From NCBI GenBank assembly GCA_964473825.1, contig CAYYQL010000007.1:1-64000 (forward strand): a DNA stretch of 64,000 nucleotides, written 5' to 3'. The first letter of the stretch is position 1. Each line of letters opens with the position of its first letter. Origin of the DNA: an uncultured archaeon (GTDB taxonomy: Archaea; Asgardarchaeota; Thorarchaeia; Thorarchaeales; Thorarchaeaceae). Position numbers and translations under genes: made by a program. The notes under the pieces are model-generated. The model did no database searches. It worked only from the letters and a program-made list of their open reading frames with translations, and was not told where the DNA came from. Below are positions 37,868-48,077 of this stretch, in pieces.

Positions 37868-38641
37868 TTAGGATACGTTCAGAACAGCGTCCACAGCACC
37901 AGTCACGGTGGTTACGGATATTGTAAGTGTCTGTAGCGCTGTGTCATAGTTGGGAGTTGCATAGGTATTACCCTCAACCACGTCCCAACCGGTAGGAACA
38001 ACTTCGACAGTTCCAAAAGTTGCAGATGCCGAGAACTGACCGCCAATTCCGCCGGGCAGCACGAGAACAATCGAAATTGCCCCAACTCCTGTCTCTAGAC
38101 TGAAAGAGGGACTCTCATAAAGATTGGTTGTTGAATCCATGCACAGCGAGATTGCGCCTGTTCCAGTCTTGAGCGATACGTCACCAACAGAGGCGGTTTC
38201 ATTCAAGTTCACATTAATCGCACTCGTTCCTGTATCAACATCAATTCTGTAAGCACAACCAGTGCCCAGCGTAATATTGACACCGGCAGCATGATAGTTC
38301 AGAGTGATAGTGGTGGGTCCATAAGACACCACAGGCGCGCCGTGTTGCTGCACAGTATGATTGGGCGCTTGTGCTACGATTCGATATAATAACGAGGAAT
38401 CGTTTTGGAATGAAATGGAAACTGCTCCTGCACCAATATCGATATCCAAGAGTACAACATCTGGCATGGTCTCCTCAGACCTCTCGAAATTGTACTCGAT
38501 AGTGTTGTTCCAGTCATGGTTTGTAGTCCAGTTGAAGTAGCTCGTGCCGTAATATGTCAGAAGACCAACAGCAATTGCGCCAGCCACGATGACAGCTACG
38601 ATACACATGACCACGCCCCTATTGCGCGTATAGTTACTCAT
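37868..38641 (-). CDS. Membrane-anchored DUF4097/LiaG-like beta-strand repeat protein
   Basis: N-terminal TM; repeats of type IDIGAGAVSI, VDTGTSAINV, LKTGTGAISL, LETGVGAISI. Confidence 0.65.
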   Translation of the reverse strand: MSNYTRNRGVVMCIVAVIVAGAIAVGLLTYYGTSYFNWTTNHDWNNTIEYNFERSEETMPDVVLLDIDIGAGAVSISFQNDSSLLYRIVAQAPNHTVQQHGAPVVSYGPTTITLNYHAAGVNITLGTGCAYRIDVDTGTSAINVNLNETASVGDVSLKTGTGAISLCMDSTTNLYESPSFSLETGVGAISIVLVLPGGIGGQFSASATFGTVEVVPTGWDVVEGNTYATPNYDTALQTLTISVTTVTGAVDAVLNVS

Positions 38642-39279
38642 TGTTCTTTCTTCTCCTTTTCATGGTCTTTCATAAACGAATGCCACTTCTGTTGGAGTTG
38701 TTGATACTCAGTGTCCCTCTCCAAGGCGTATCGCCTCATTATCCGCGATGCATCCTTCTGTACAGATTCGGACAGTTGGCGGTATGCTTGCGGATCCTCT
38801 ATCGGCAAGTTCGAACTAACCTTGTTTTCTCGCTCTATTAGTGGCTGAAGTATCGCAATTGCGTCGTCTACTTCTTCACCTGGAATCTTGATGCCATATA
38901 CAGAGAGGCTCGATATCATCGACTCTAGGCGCTTTCGGGCGAACTGGGCCACACCATCATCAGCCTGCAGCATACCACTCAGCCCAAGACGATACTCTCT
39001 TGCCGTGGTGCGATAGTATCTCTGGACTATTCCCGTGACGGTCTGCTCAGTTCGCTCCTGGACAACCAGACCCGCCTTCTTCAACTTGTCAATATGGTGA
39101 AGGATAGTACCGGGATTTTTGTCGAGAGCATCAGCAAGCTGCTTCACCGTCATAGCACTGTTGACCAGATACTTGAACACTATTTCTGCACGGGTTGGCT
39201 CGAAGAGGACCTTGATAGTCTTCGGGTCGTCAATGATGCAGAGATCTTTCATCGTAGGGGGTGATTGATTCTCGCCCAA
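38638..39279 (-). CDS. ArsR-like winged-helix transcriptional regulator
   Basis: KVLFEPTRAEI, MTVKQLADALDKNPGTILHHIDKLKKAGLV, GIVQRYYR. Confidence 0.85.
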   Translation of the reverse strand: MGENQSPPTMKDLCIIDDPKTIKVLFEPTRAEIVFKYLVNSAMTVKQLADALDKNPGTILHHIDKLKKAGLVVQERTEQTVTGIVQRYYRTTAREYRLGLSGMLQADDGVAQFARKRLESMISSLSVYGIKIPGEEVDDAIAILQPLIERENKVSSNLPIEDPQAYRQLSESVQKDASRIMRRYALERDTEYQQLQQKWHSFMKDHEKEKKEQ

Positions 39280-39281
39280 GA

Positions 39282-40193
39282 CTATGCACCTCCAATCATT
39301 CCGATATTGGGGTGTTCTTCGGCACGACCAGCATCATAATCACCGCTCAAAATCAAGTAGACGCGAGTCAGCGCAATCACCAGTGACGGCACGAATACAA
39401 ACACCACAAAGATTCCCATAATTACGCCGTATGTTCCGATGAAGGCCATATTCAAGAAGGGAATCAATGTGGAAAAGGCTGCAGCAGGGAGAAAGAGCGC
39501 AACAGCGATGAGAACATAGGCAATCCAGACCCCGAAGACACGGTCGAAGTACACTATGCTCATGGTCACAGACTGTTTGTATGCTGTGAGTACCGGTACA
39601 CCATCTATCACGGCGGGTATCATCATTGAAAGCAGGCCTGCGGAGATGATTAGCCACACTGCGCTAAAGACCGACAGCCCGACAAAGGGGAGGCCCGTGA
39701 CCAGACCGCCGTATACAAATGCGATGGCAAGTGCAATCATGCCGGGCGGCCCCAGCAATGTCAAGAACAGAAGCAGGCCGGCAGCTGCCAGAGGGGCAAA
39801 CTTGGACCGATACCATGTGAAGACTCCCTCAGCAGTGGTACCCTCACTCTCAACAATCTCACGCCCCATCCCAAAGAGTGCACCTATCGCTACGAAGAAC
39901 GGACTCAGAATGGGAAACATTACCAGAGTACCGACACCCACAGCGCCGAGGGTGCCTGCAATTGTCCATTCGGTCTCAACCATCGCGGCAAAGGTGGTAA
40001 TAATCTCTAATCCATTTCCAAACACAAAGAGCGGGACGAAGACAATCACTGCAATTAACACAAGAAGTAGCCCAGACACAATAATAACACCGAGCATTCC
40101 CAAGAAGAAAGTGACTATGTTCTTTGTCGCGAAGCGGAAGCTCACCTTCAGATCGTGGAGGATTACACCAAAATCCGTTTGCTTTTCAGACAT
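39282..40193 (-). CDS. Multi-pass membrane protein (paralog of the adjacent gene)
   Basis: About six TM segments; shares FFLGMLG / LFGMGREIVE..TTAEGVFTWYRSKF / FDRVFG with its neighbour; GGTGA RBS before ATG 40193. Confidence 0.75.
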   Translation of the reverse strand: MSEKQTDFGVILHDLKVSFRFATKNIVTFFLGMLGVIIVSGLLLVLIAVIVFVPLFVFGNGLEIITTFAAMVETEWTIAGTLGAVGVGTLVMFPILSPFFVAIGALFGMGREIVESEGTTAEGVFTWYRSKFAPLAAAGLLLFLTLLGPPGMIALAIAFVYGGLVTGLPFVGLSVFSAVWLIISAGLLSMMIPAVIDGVPVLTAYKQSVTMSIVYFDRVFGVWIAYVLIAVALFLPAAAFSTLIPFLNMAFIGTYGVIMGIFVVFVFVPSLVIALTRVYLILSGDYDAGRAEEHPNIGMIGGA

Positions 40194-40265
40194 CTTGATT
40201 TCACCACATAATAGGAGCAGAGGGCTCGAAGACCGGAGTCCACGACCCTCTACATGAACCACGTT

Positions 40266-41198
40266 TTAGACTATTGGTATGTTAGGCTCGACCTGCTCAG
40301 CAATCTTCCCACCTGTAAACTCTATGTAGAGCTTGGTGATAGCAATGACTGTCATCGGCATGAGTAGTAGGAGCCATAGTAGACCAGCTGTTACCGCCCA
40401 TATCCCTATAACGGCGAGAACGGGATCGATGGTAACTGGAGGAGTCGTGGGCATTGGCATGAGCGGCCCGTACAGAACACCACCAATAATCATCGGGGCG
40501 AACGTTACAACTGCGAGAAGGATGATTGCAGTGATCAGACCGAAGACTCTGTCAAAGCGCTCAACGGAGAGCCTATACGACTCCTTGATTGCCTCCTGAA
40601 CGCCTCTGCCTTTTGCTACTGCAGGAAAGGACATCACGAAGAGCCCGACTGTGATGTAGGTCCAGACGGAGGTCACAATGGAGACAGCTATAGCAGGGAT
40701 ACCGGTGACTGTGCCACCCAACGCCAGTGAGGCCACACCCCATATGAGCAAAGATGGAAGGATGATGATCACAGTCAGAACCGCTCCAAGGCCAGCAAAG
40801 CTGAGGAACTTGTGCCTGAAGTATGAAAAAGCAGACTCGGCATGGGTCTTGCCGGTCTCGACAGCCTCTGTGCTCATTCCGAACACTGAGCCCACTACTA
40901 CAAGGAAGAGAGAGGCAATCGGAATAAAGATGAGTGTACCGACACCACCGACTAACCAGGGATTGTGCATTGCCCACGTATGCATGTTAACTCCAAAGTT
41001 GACCCAAAAGGTCGGGTCAACAGTAAAGGCAACTATCACGATAGGGATTACAAGGATTGCAAAGAGTACGCCAATCAGAACAGCCATTCCGAGGTTCGCG
41101 AGAAAGAAACTCAGCATATTGCTCTTCGCGATGCGTAGACTCTGCTTCATATCATCGACGATTGTTCCAAATGTTGTAGACATCGTTTCATTCACCAT
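40266..41198 (-). CDS. Multi-pass membrane protein (paralog of the adjacent gene)
   Basis: FFLANLG / VFGMSTEAVE..THAESAFSYFRHKF / FDRVFG. Start is 41198 or 41183. Confidence 0.75.
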   Translation of the reverse strand: MVNETMSTTFGTIVDDMKQSLRIAKSNMLSFFLANLGMAVLIGVLFAILVIPIVIVAFTVDPTFWVNFGVNMHTWAMHNPWLVGGVGTLIFIPIASLFLVVVGSVFGMSTEAVETGKTHAESAFSYFRHKFLSFAGLGAVLTVIIILPSLLIWGVASLALGGTVTGIPAIAVSIVTSVWTYITVGLFVMSFPAVAKGRGVQEAIKESYRLSVERFDRVFGLITAIILLAVVTFAPMIIGGVLYGPLMPMPTTPPVTIDPVLAVIGIWAVTAGLLWLLLLMPMTVIAITKLYIEFTGGKIAEQVEPNIPIV

Positions 41199-41281
41199 GT
41201 ATGTCAAACGTCAAGCGTTTGATGTTTGTCAAACGTAGCACCGAATGTTTGCTTATAAATATTTTGACGTTTGCCAAACGT
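41197..41281 (-). promoter_or_regulatory. Promoter with three palindromic operator copies (ACGTTTG-N-CAAACGT) around a TATA box
   Basis: ATGTATG-T-CAAACGT 41197-41211, ATGTTTG-T-CAAACGT 41222-41236, ACGTTTG-C-CAAACGT 41267-41281; TTATAAAT at 41253-41260. Confidence 0.7.
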
Positions 41282-41672
41282 TGTTCAGTACACACGGAAA
41301 CTGTCCCAGGAATCGTCCAATCAGTTTCAACCCACGAAACACGATGTACAAGATCCTCTATCCGCGGAATTCCAAAGCTGAAGCACAAAGCACATGATGA
41401 CTCAAAGGCTCTTGTGACCAGTTGTTGGTTCACGCGAATATGTCCCAAGTCCGCTCATCCGAGGAGTCAGACAACCACTCACGGATTCTCATCCACAGTC
41501 CCACGAAGACCCACTCTCTGAGAGTATAAATCGAGATTCGGAAGAAAGGCTATGTGTTCAGCATCGTTGGATTGTGGCTCGGCGTCATGGTCATTGCCCT
41601 CCATCCGTGTCCTATCATGGTCACGATGTTTCCTGACATGGCCAGCAGTTCTGTCGCGCTCGCGGACTGGAC

Positions 41673-42800
41673 CTAAATCTTGATCAAATCCCTGTCGAGT
41701 GCGATGTAAAGAAGCAAGCCGGCGATAAAACCAATGGCTATATTGAATGCCACAGAAAGCAGAGCTGCAAAGAGCATAACAGATACCTCTGTTTCTTCGA
41801 TTTCCTTGAATGCAGTCTTACCCAGCTCAAGCGAGGTCAAGATGAGCATTATCCCTACGATGAACGCGGGATAAGATGTGAATATAGCCAAGAGACTCTC
41901 AGAAAAGAAGAGAGCAAGAGAAATCTCCATTAGGCCCTCCATCAACAATGCCCCGCCGGTTCTCGCTCCGAAGAGGTATTGACTCGCAAGCCCGCCAGCT
42001 CCGTGACAGAGGGGCATTCCACCTGCAAAAGGAGTCGTCACGTTGATAGCGCCCAGGTTGGCAATCACATGCCTCGGAGTGATATCCGTCCTGTCGGGAA
42101 ACAGATCATGGAGGAGGGCCACGGTGGCTATGACAGAGTTGGTCAGAGTAAGGAACAATTGTGCAAACCCAGCATAGATGAAACCGTAGAACATGTCTTC
42201 TATCGAGAAGATATGCAGCTGAGGAAGTGAGAGACCTATACTGATGTCACCAATACTCAACAATCCGGTTATCAAGGCGTAGGCGAAACCAAAGAAGACA
42301 AGGAAGAGTGCAGCAGGCAAATACTTGTTGCGAAGTAACATGAATGCCATTATCATAAGCACCATTGAAATGAGAAGGTCCTGAGCTACAAGCTCGGCCC
42401 CAGCCAGCACCAGTGTGAAGGCCAGACCAAGCTGAATGCCTCGTACGACACTACTAGGTACTCGACGCAGAAGCGAATTGAGGCGCTTCGAGAAGGATAA
42501 CAACACCCAGATCAAGCCCACTGAGAAGCCAGCCCCGAGGACTCTATGCACAGGCCATCTCTCGGCCAGAGACACGGCGCCGATGACTTTCTGAGGTTGA
42601 ACTGTGAGAGGGAGTCTATAGATAAAAGCAAGAAACACGTTGGTGAATCCGATTCCCAACAGAACGCCAGTGGGACTGAAACCGCACAGAGTGATGTATC
42701 CGATAGTGAATGGGATCAAGGTGCCGAAGTCACCGAAGCTGCCGGCAAACTCTCGGATAGAAAACTCGAAGCCCCTAATCATAACCATCGGGTCAGTCAT
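41673..42800 (-). CDS. Putative molybdate/sulfate transporter (MOT1 family)
   Basis: EFAGSFGDFGTLIP, LPLTVQPQK, VVRGIQLGL, AQLFLTLTNSV, GGMPLCHGAGGLASQYLFGARTGG. Confidence 0.85.
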   Translation of the reverse strand: MTDPMVMIRGFEFSIREFAGSFGDFGTLIPFTIGYITLCGFSPTGVLLGIGFTNVFLAFIYRLPLTVQPQKVIGAVSLAERWPVHRVLGAGFSVGLIWVLLSFSKRLNSLLRRVPSSVVRGIQLGLAFTLVLAGAELVAQDLLISMVLMIMAFMLLRNKYLPAALFLVFFGFAYALITGLLSIGDISIGLSLPQLHIFSIEDMFYGFIYAGFAQLFLTLTNSVIATVALLHDLFPDRTDITPRHVIANLGAINVTTPFAGGMPLCHGAGGLASQYLFGARTGGALLMEGLMEISLALFFSESLLAIFTSYPAFIVGIMLILTSLELGKTAFKEIEETEVSVMLFAALLSVAFNIAIGFIAGLLLYIALDRDLIKI

Positions 42801-43260
42801 CTCCTAACACTAGAGTCTCGGTTCCAGAAGTGTAGCGATGCGCCCAGAGCTTAGCTCTTGAGGTGTTCCTAAGCACAAACAAGACGCGGCTACTCCTCTT
42901 AACATCCCGCTCCCAATCAGCTACACTGCTCTCGTATACACGTCCAATAGTGCTGTTTTCGGGAGTTCTGGTAATAGACAGTTGCATTATTCGTTTCTTG
43001 CTGCTCATCTTCTTATCCACCTTTGCGGGTGTGTGACCTTCAGGTCGAATATCAGAGAGATTCTCGGAAATGAGGTCTAAGCCTGCACTCCTTACTTCCA
43101 CGAGCAGTGTTCATCGGCGTTACCTTGCAGCACTCGTATCTCACCAAGCTGGCAGTTCAGTATTATTCGTTCTGGATATAAGAATAGCACGCACGAGAGT
43201 CGGTGACAGGTCACCATTTAATAGAAGCTGTGTTGAGAACCGGATTGGGTCGAATAGAGT

Positions 43261-44214
43261 ATGTCAGCCATAGAAACTGATAGTCTTACCAAGTACTACA
43301 ATGGGCTCCTCGCTGTTGACAACATCTCCTTTGATGTCAAGAGGGGAGAGGTGTTCGGATTCCTCGGCCCGAATGGAGCAGGAAAGACATCAACGATACG
43401 GATGCTTGTGGGACTATCCCGGCCGAGTAATGGCACCGCGAAAGTGGCAGGCTACAGCATAACAGACAATATTGTGGAGGTGAAACGTCGCGTAGGCCTA
43501 GTACCCGAAGTCTCGAATCTCTATGATGAACTCTCGGTATGGGAGAACCTTCTCTTCATGTCTCAGCTATATCACGTTCCAAGACACAAACGCGACTCAC
43601 GAGTTGAGGAGTCCCTTCGTTCTCTTGATTTGATGCAAAGGAAGGAAACAAAATTCGGCAAGCTCTCTAAAGGTCTGAAGCGACGTGTTGTGATAGCAGC
43701 GTCATTGGTACATGAACCAGAGATTCTGTTTTTGGACGAGCCAACCGTTGGACTAGATGTGATGAGTGCCCATTCCCTGAGGGACTACATCGAACATCTT
43801 GGCTCCCAGCAAACTACTGTCTTCCTCACGACACACTATATTGAAGAGGCAGACCGCCTGTGCGATCGTATTGCTATTCTCGTTGAGGGACGAATTCAGG
43901 TCCTAGACACGCCCGAAAACATCAAGAAACGGATAAGAACCCAGTCCATCATCCGATCCGAGCTCTCCACAGAACCAAGCGAGGACCTGCTTCGCGGGCT
44001 TGGCACCTTGGGTCAGCTGCAGCAAAAGGGTCGGTTCCTAGATATTCGGGTCGAGAGGCTCGATACCTCCCTGAACACTTTCGTAAGTCTCGTGAAAACC
44101 CATGGACTATCTATAGAGACCTTAGAAGCAGACCGACCGTCACTCGAAGAGGCCTTCCTGGAGATCACTGGATTATCGCCAGAAAGACTGAGAGCGGAGA
44201 AGGAGGGGGCGTAA
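43261..44214 (+). CDS. ABC transporter ATPase (DrrA-like)
   Basis: GPNGAGKTS, LSKGLKRR, LFLDEPT, TTHYIEEA. Confidence 0.92.
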   Translation: MSAIETDSLTKYYNGLLAVDNISFDVKRGEVFGFLGPNGAGKTSTIRMLVGLSRPSNGTAKVAGYSITDNIVEVKRRVGLVPEVSNLYDELSVWENLLFMSQLYHVPRHKRDSRVEESLRSLDLMQRKETKFGKLSKGLKRRVVIAASLVHEPEILFLDEPTVGLDVMSAHSLRDYIEHLGSQQTTVFLTTHYIEEADRLCDRIAILVEGRIQVLDTPENIKKRIRTQSIIRSELSTEPSEDLLRGLGTLGQLQQKGRFLDIRVERLDTSLNTFVSLVKTHGLSIETLEADRPSLEEAFLEITGLSPERLRAEKEGA

Positions 44215-44216
44215 GA

Positions 44217-44954
44217 ATGAAACTAAGAGACGAACTCAGTGGAATGCTTTACATTCTTTGGAAGGACCTGCGAGCATACTATTTCAAACCTCCCAATATC
44301 AGCTGGGGAATCTTCTTCCCGCTTGTACTAACTTTAGCATTCACCCTTCGTGACCCGACAGGTCTCAACGATCTTGCTCCTGGTCTGATAGCAATGGCTG
44401 CAGTCTTCGGCACCACTAGCATGGAAGCAATAGTCATAACTTTCGAAAGGCGCCAAGGTGCTCTTGAGCGGCTGCTGCTCGCCCCCATATCTGTGAGAGC
44501 ACTACTCTTTGGGAAGATTCTCGGAGGAGCAGTCTTTGGAGGAATGATATCTGGAGTCATGATATTCATTGCCTCAGTCATGTTCGGCATGCAGATTGCA
44601 GATCCTGTTCTGTTCTTCGGCTCACTTGTTCTGACGCTATTGACACTCTCGGCCTTGGGAGCCCTGGTGGCAGTCTCTGTCAAGGAGGTGTTTGAGGCAC
44701 AGACACTCTCCAACTTCTTCCGATTCCCGATGGTGTTTGTGTGCGGCGTGTTTATCCCAGTTGAAACAATGCCGCTGGCACTCCAAGCAGTTGCCTATTT
44801 GCTCCCGCTCACATACTCAGTGAATGCACTCAGACTGGCGACATCACAGGAGTTGAGCACGGTGGGTCCTCTGGCAAATGTTGCAGCAATTGTCTTGTTC
44901 CTCATCCTCTTTCTTGTCGCCTGTGAATGGATACTGAAACGCAGTATGAAATGA
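44217..44954 (+). CDS. ABC-2 type permease
   Basis: FERRQGALERLLLAPIS...GKILGG, FPMVFVCGVFIPVETMP, LPLTYSVNALR. Confidence 0.9.
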   Translation: MKLRDELSGMLYILWKDLRAYYFKPPNISWGIFFPLVLTLAFTLRDPTGLNDLAPGLIAMAAVFGTTSMEAIVITFERRQGALERLLLAPISVRALLFGKILGGAVFGGMISGVMIFIASVMFGMQIADPVLFFGSLVLTLLTLSALGALVAVSVKEVFEAQTLSNFFRFPMVFVCGVFIPVETMPLALQAVAYLLPLTYSVNALRLATSQELSTVGPLANVAAIVLFLILFLVACEWILKRSMK

Positions 44955-45006
44955 ACGACAGAAGAGAGCAACAGATTCTTGACCATCGTTGTGTCCGGGA
45001 ACCAAG

Positions 45007-46041
45007 ATGAACATCGAAGAGGCAATCCGCGCTCTGCCGAAAGCAGAGCTACACATTCATACCTTGGGCTCTATCAGACCCACAACGCTACTTGACATCA
45101 TAAACGAGTCAGATAGCACCCGTTCCATGTCTGAAGAACAAATGAGCAAAATGTTCCAGTATGATGACTTTCCCCATTTCATAGAGACCTATAAGACGAT
45201 TATCAGGTATATCACACATGAGGAGTATTTTGAAAGGATTACCTTTGAGATGCTTGGGGATTGCAGCAAATCCAACATCAAATACGTTGAGGCAAGTCTG
45301 TCTCCAATAGACCATGTAGAGCAGGGTCTTGACTACTTCAAGATGATTCAAGCGGTGAGGAGAGGGCTTCGCCGAGGGGAGAAGGTGTTCGACATCGAGT
45401 CGGACATCAGAATCGATCTTGTAAGAGAACTAGATTCCCGGGCTGCAATGCAGGTGCTCGACTGGGTTGAAGAAGACATGGAGAAGATTGTTTCAGTGGA
45501 CATCGGAGGAAGCGAGGACAGATTTCCACCCGCGCCCTTTGTAGATGTCTTTCAGAGGGCGAGAGATATGGGTCTCCATCTGATTGCTCATGCCGGTGAG
45601 GCTGCGGGGCCGCAGTCCATCTGGGATGCAATCAGGTTGCTGCAAGTGGAGCGCATTGGTCATGGAGTAAGCGCTCGAGAAGACCTCCGATTGATGGCTG
45701 AACTAAAGGAGAGAGGTATAGTCATCGAGGCTTGTCCTATCAGCAATGTACGTACTAAGGCTGTTTCCAGTATCGAGGATCACCCAGTCAGAGAATTCTA
45801 TGACTATGGCCTCAATGTAACTGTGAATAGCGACGATCCGACGCTCTTCAACACAGATTTGAATAATGAATATCTCCAGCTCCATAGACATCTCGGGTTC
45901 ACCCTTCAGGAACTCGCTCAACTCTCCCTCAATGCAGTGGATGCAGCCTTCATCGTAGAGGGTGAACGGTCCAAGCTTCGTTCTGCAGTCCTCGAAGAAT
46001 ACAAGAGAATTCGCGCCTCTTTGCGGGAAACGCCCATCTGA
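45007..46041 (+). CDS. add: Adenosine deaminase family protein
   Basis: LPKAELHIHTLGS, AHAGE, ERIGHG, EACPISN, VNSDDP. Confidence 0.88.
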   Translation: MNIEEAIRALPKAELHIHTLGSIRPTTLLDIINESDSTRSMSEEQMSKMFQYDDFPHFIETYKTIIRYITHEEYFERITFEMLGDCSKSNIKYVEASLSPIDHVEQGLDYFKMIQAVRRGLRRGEKVFDIESDIRIDLVRELDSRAAMQVLDWVEEDMEKIVSVDIGGSEDRFPPAPFVDVFQRARDMGLHLIAHAGEAAGPQSIWDAIRLLQVERIGHGVSAREDLRLMAELKERGIVIEACPISNVRTKAVSSIEDHPVREFYDYGLNVTVNSDDPTLFNTDLNNEYLQLHRHLGFTLQELAQLSLNAVDAAFIVEGERSKLRSAVLEEYKRIRASLRETPI

Positions 46042-46128
46042 GGGCGGGTGGACTTCTCGAAATGACGAATGGCCAAGAAGCGGTGTGCTTCATATAGAAC
46101 CCACCGGATATACTCATTCCGCGTGGTA

Positions 46129-46160
46129 CAAACGTCAAGCGGTTGCTGTTGGTCAAACAT
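46129..46160. promoter_or_regulatory. Degenerate dispersed copy of the 41205-41236 operator block
   Basis: caaacgtcaagcggttgctgttggtcaaacat vs caaacgtcaagcgtttgatgtttgtcaaacgt: 28/32 identical. Confidence 0.55.
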
Positions 46161-46378
46161 TCCATAGAAAGAACATAGATCTTCGTTTTTTCACCAGACT
46201 CTTACTCAAGCCCATAGACCTCTCTTATCGAAAATATCGTGAACGCTGACTCCTCAAGTGCAATCTCCGGATCCCATGTGTGGAGAAGGACGCTGAGAAA
46301 GGACAGGATGACTAGCAATGTAGAGGTAACGTGAAATCCATGAAACAACTAAATAGGGAACGGCATTACTTTCACACT

Positions 46379-47344
46379 ATGCGAGTACTGCTGACTGGAG
46401 CCTTTGGAAACGTTGGAGAGAGCACGCTGATAGCCCTATTCGATAAGGGGTATGATGTCCGATGCTTTGATGTGCCTACAAAGAGTAATGAAAAGAAGCA
46501 ACAGGAACTTCAAAGACTCGGAGGGTTTCAGACAGTCTGGGGAGATATCCGTGATGCTGATGCTGTATCTATGGCAACTCGTGGTATGAATGCAATCATT
46601 CACCTAGCGGCCATCATTCCCCCAATGACTGAGAAGTACCCAGATATTGCTAAAGCCGTGAACGTAGTTGGCACAGCCAACCTGTTGGCTGCTGCAGAGG
46701 AAATGCACACCAATCCAAGATTCATCTATGCTAGCTCTGTGGCGACCTTTGGACAATGCAACGGTGATGGCCCACCAAAGACTGCGGCAGATCCTGTATG
46801 CGCTACCGATACCTATACCACTCACAAGATCGAGTGCGAGAAGATGGTATGGGAGAGCGGATTACCATGGGCAATACTCAGGTTTGGAGTTGTCACTCCT
46901 CTTGCTATTACTAGTGAGTTAGACCCAATAGTGTTCGAGATTCCTCTGGAACAGCGGATTGAGTTTGTTCATACTAGAGATATTGGTCTAGCATGTGCAA
47001 ATGCTGTTGAGGCAGATTGTCTGGGGAAGGTGCTTCTTCTCGGGGGCGGGCCCTCATGTCAGATGAGGTATCGTGACCTCGTGCAGGGCATGCTCGATGC
47101 AATGGGAGTTGGTATGCTACCGGACAGCGCCTTCAAGCGGCCCACCTGTGAGGAAGAGTGGTATCAAACTGACTGGATGGATACGGAAGAGGCTCAAAGA
47201 ATTCTTGCGTTCCAGAAGCATGACTTCCAAGATTTCTTGAATGAGTACAAGAAACGCGCTGGAATGAGGCGACATATTGCGAGGCTTTTCAGACCCATAG
47301 TACGGCGAAAGCTGCTCTCGGCCTCACCGTACTACAAGGAGTAG
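46379..47344 (+). CDS. NAD-dependent epimerase/dehydratase (extended SDR)
   Basis: VLLTGAFGNVG, IIHLAA, NVVGT, YASS, YTTHK (YxxxK). Confidence 0.88.
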   Translation: MRVLLTGAFGNVGESTLIALFDKGYDVRCFDVPTKSNEKKQQELQRLGGFQTVWGDIRDADAVSMATRGMNAIIHLAAIIPPMTEKYPDIAKAVNVVGTANLLAAAEEMHTNPRFIYASSVATFGQCNGDGPPKTAADPVCATDTYTTHKIECEKMVWESGLPWAILRFGVVTPLAITSELDPIVFEIPLEQRIEFVHTRDIGLACANAVEADCLGKVLLLGGGPSCQMRYRDLVQGMLDAMGVGMLPDSAFKRPTCEEEWYQTDWMDTEEAQRILAFQKHDFQDFLNEYKKRAGMRRHIARLFRPIVRRKLLSASPYYKE

Positions 47345-47509
47345 GTGGTCTGACAGGGATTGCCACTGCCCCGATATCGGCAACAAGCCATCTGTTGGTC
47401 GCGCAAACTACCGAGAGCACTATGAAGAGTCTGATGCCTTACCGGCTGGAGAACACCGCTAGAGCATGAAATGGGGAAAGGGGATATCCCTATTTTGTGA
47501 ATTGGTGTC

Positions 47510-47809
47510 TCACTCGTGCCACGGACTCTGAGGGGTTCTATGGTGCCTTCTTGAGGTGTAGTACGGAGTTTCACGCCCGGTACCATTGGTGAACCAGCTA
47601 GCGACCCATTTCCCCAAGTATCCGTTGACGATTGCCCCAATTGCCACTCTGATGATTGCAGCGATGTTGTAGAATGTGCTAGATGCAACGTTAAGCAGCA
47701 ATCCGAAAAGCCAGAGGGGTATACCGGCAATCAGGAGTAGAATCAAGCATCCCGGCAAAACAGCCAGAACGAAAACGGTGGCCAGTGGTAACCGTCCTGC
47801 CCCTCTCAA
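47510..47809 (-). CDS. Small hydrophobic membrane protein (possibly a fragment)
   Basis: Two hydrophobic helices; weak start context. Confidence 0.35.
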   Translation of the reverse strand: MRGAGRLPLATVFVLAVLPGCLILLLIAGIPLWLFGLLLNVASSTFYNIAAIIRVAIGAIVNGYLGKWVASWFTNGTGRETPYYTSRRHHRTPQSPWHE

Positions 47810-48077
47810 CTTGAATACACATGGAACAGTATGGCTATGAGCACTTATGAACGAAGATCTCTGCCAGACAGCACAGTGTAGCGTTCCATAATCTCGGCTC
47901 CCGCGATCAGCATGATTGTTACGGAACTCACCACCGAACCCAACTGATGTGGGCCCGTGAGCAGTTCGAGTTAGGTATGTAGCAGAGGCAGATACCAGAC
48001 ACCAAACTAAGATTTAAGGGCAGAAACCTCTGAAAGAGGCCAATGGCAAACTCTTGATTTGAAGGAGGTTTCCGTCC

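Noticed and set aside
39556-41238. 233-aa and 186-aa plus-strand ORFs
   Set aside because: Antisense shadows of hydrophobic membrane-protein genes.
41282-41672. Possible tRNA or ncRNA in the long intergenic gap
   Set aside because: No cloverleaf, TPsiC motif or strong stem could be found by eye.
42793-43101. 102-aa ORF upstream of the MOT1 transporter
   Set aside because: No recognisable motif or RBS; cannot be distinguished from intergenic sequence.
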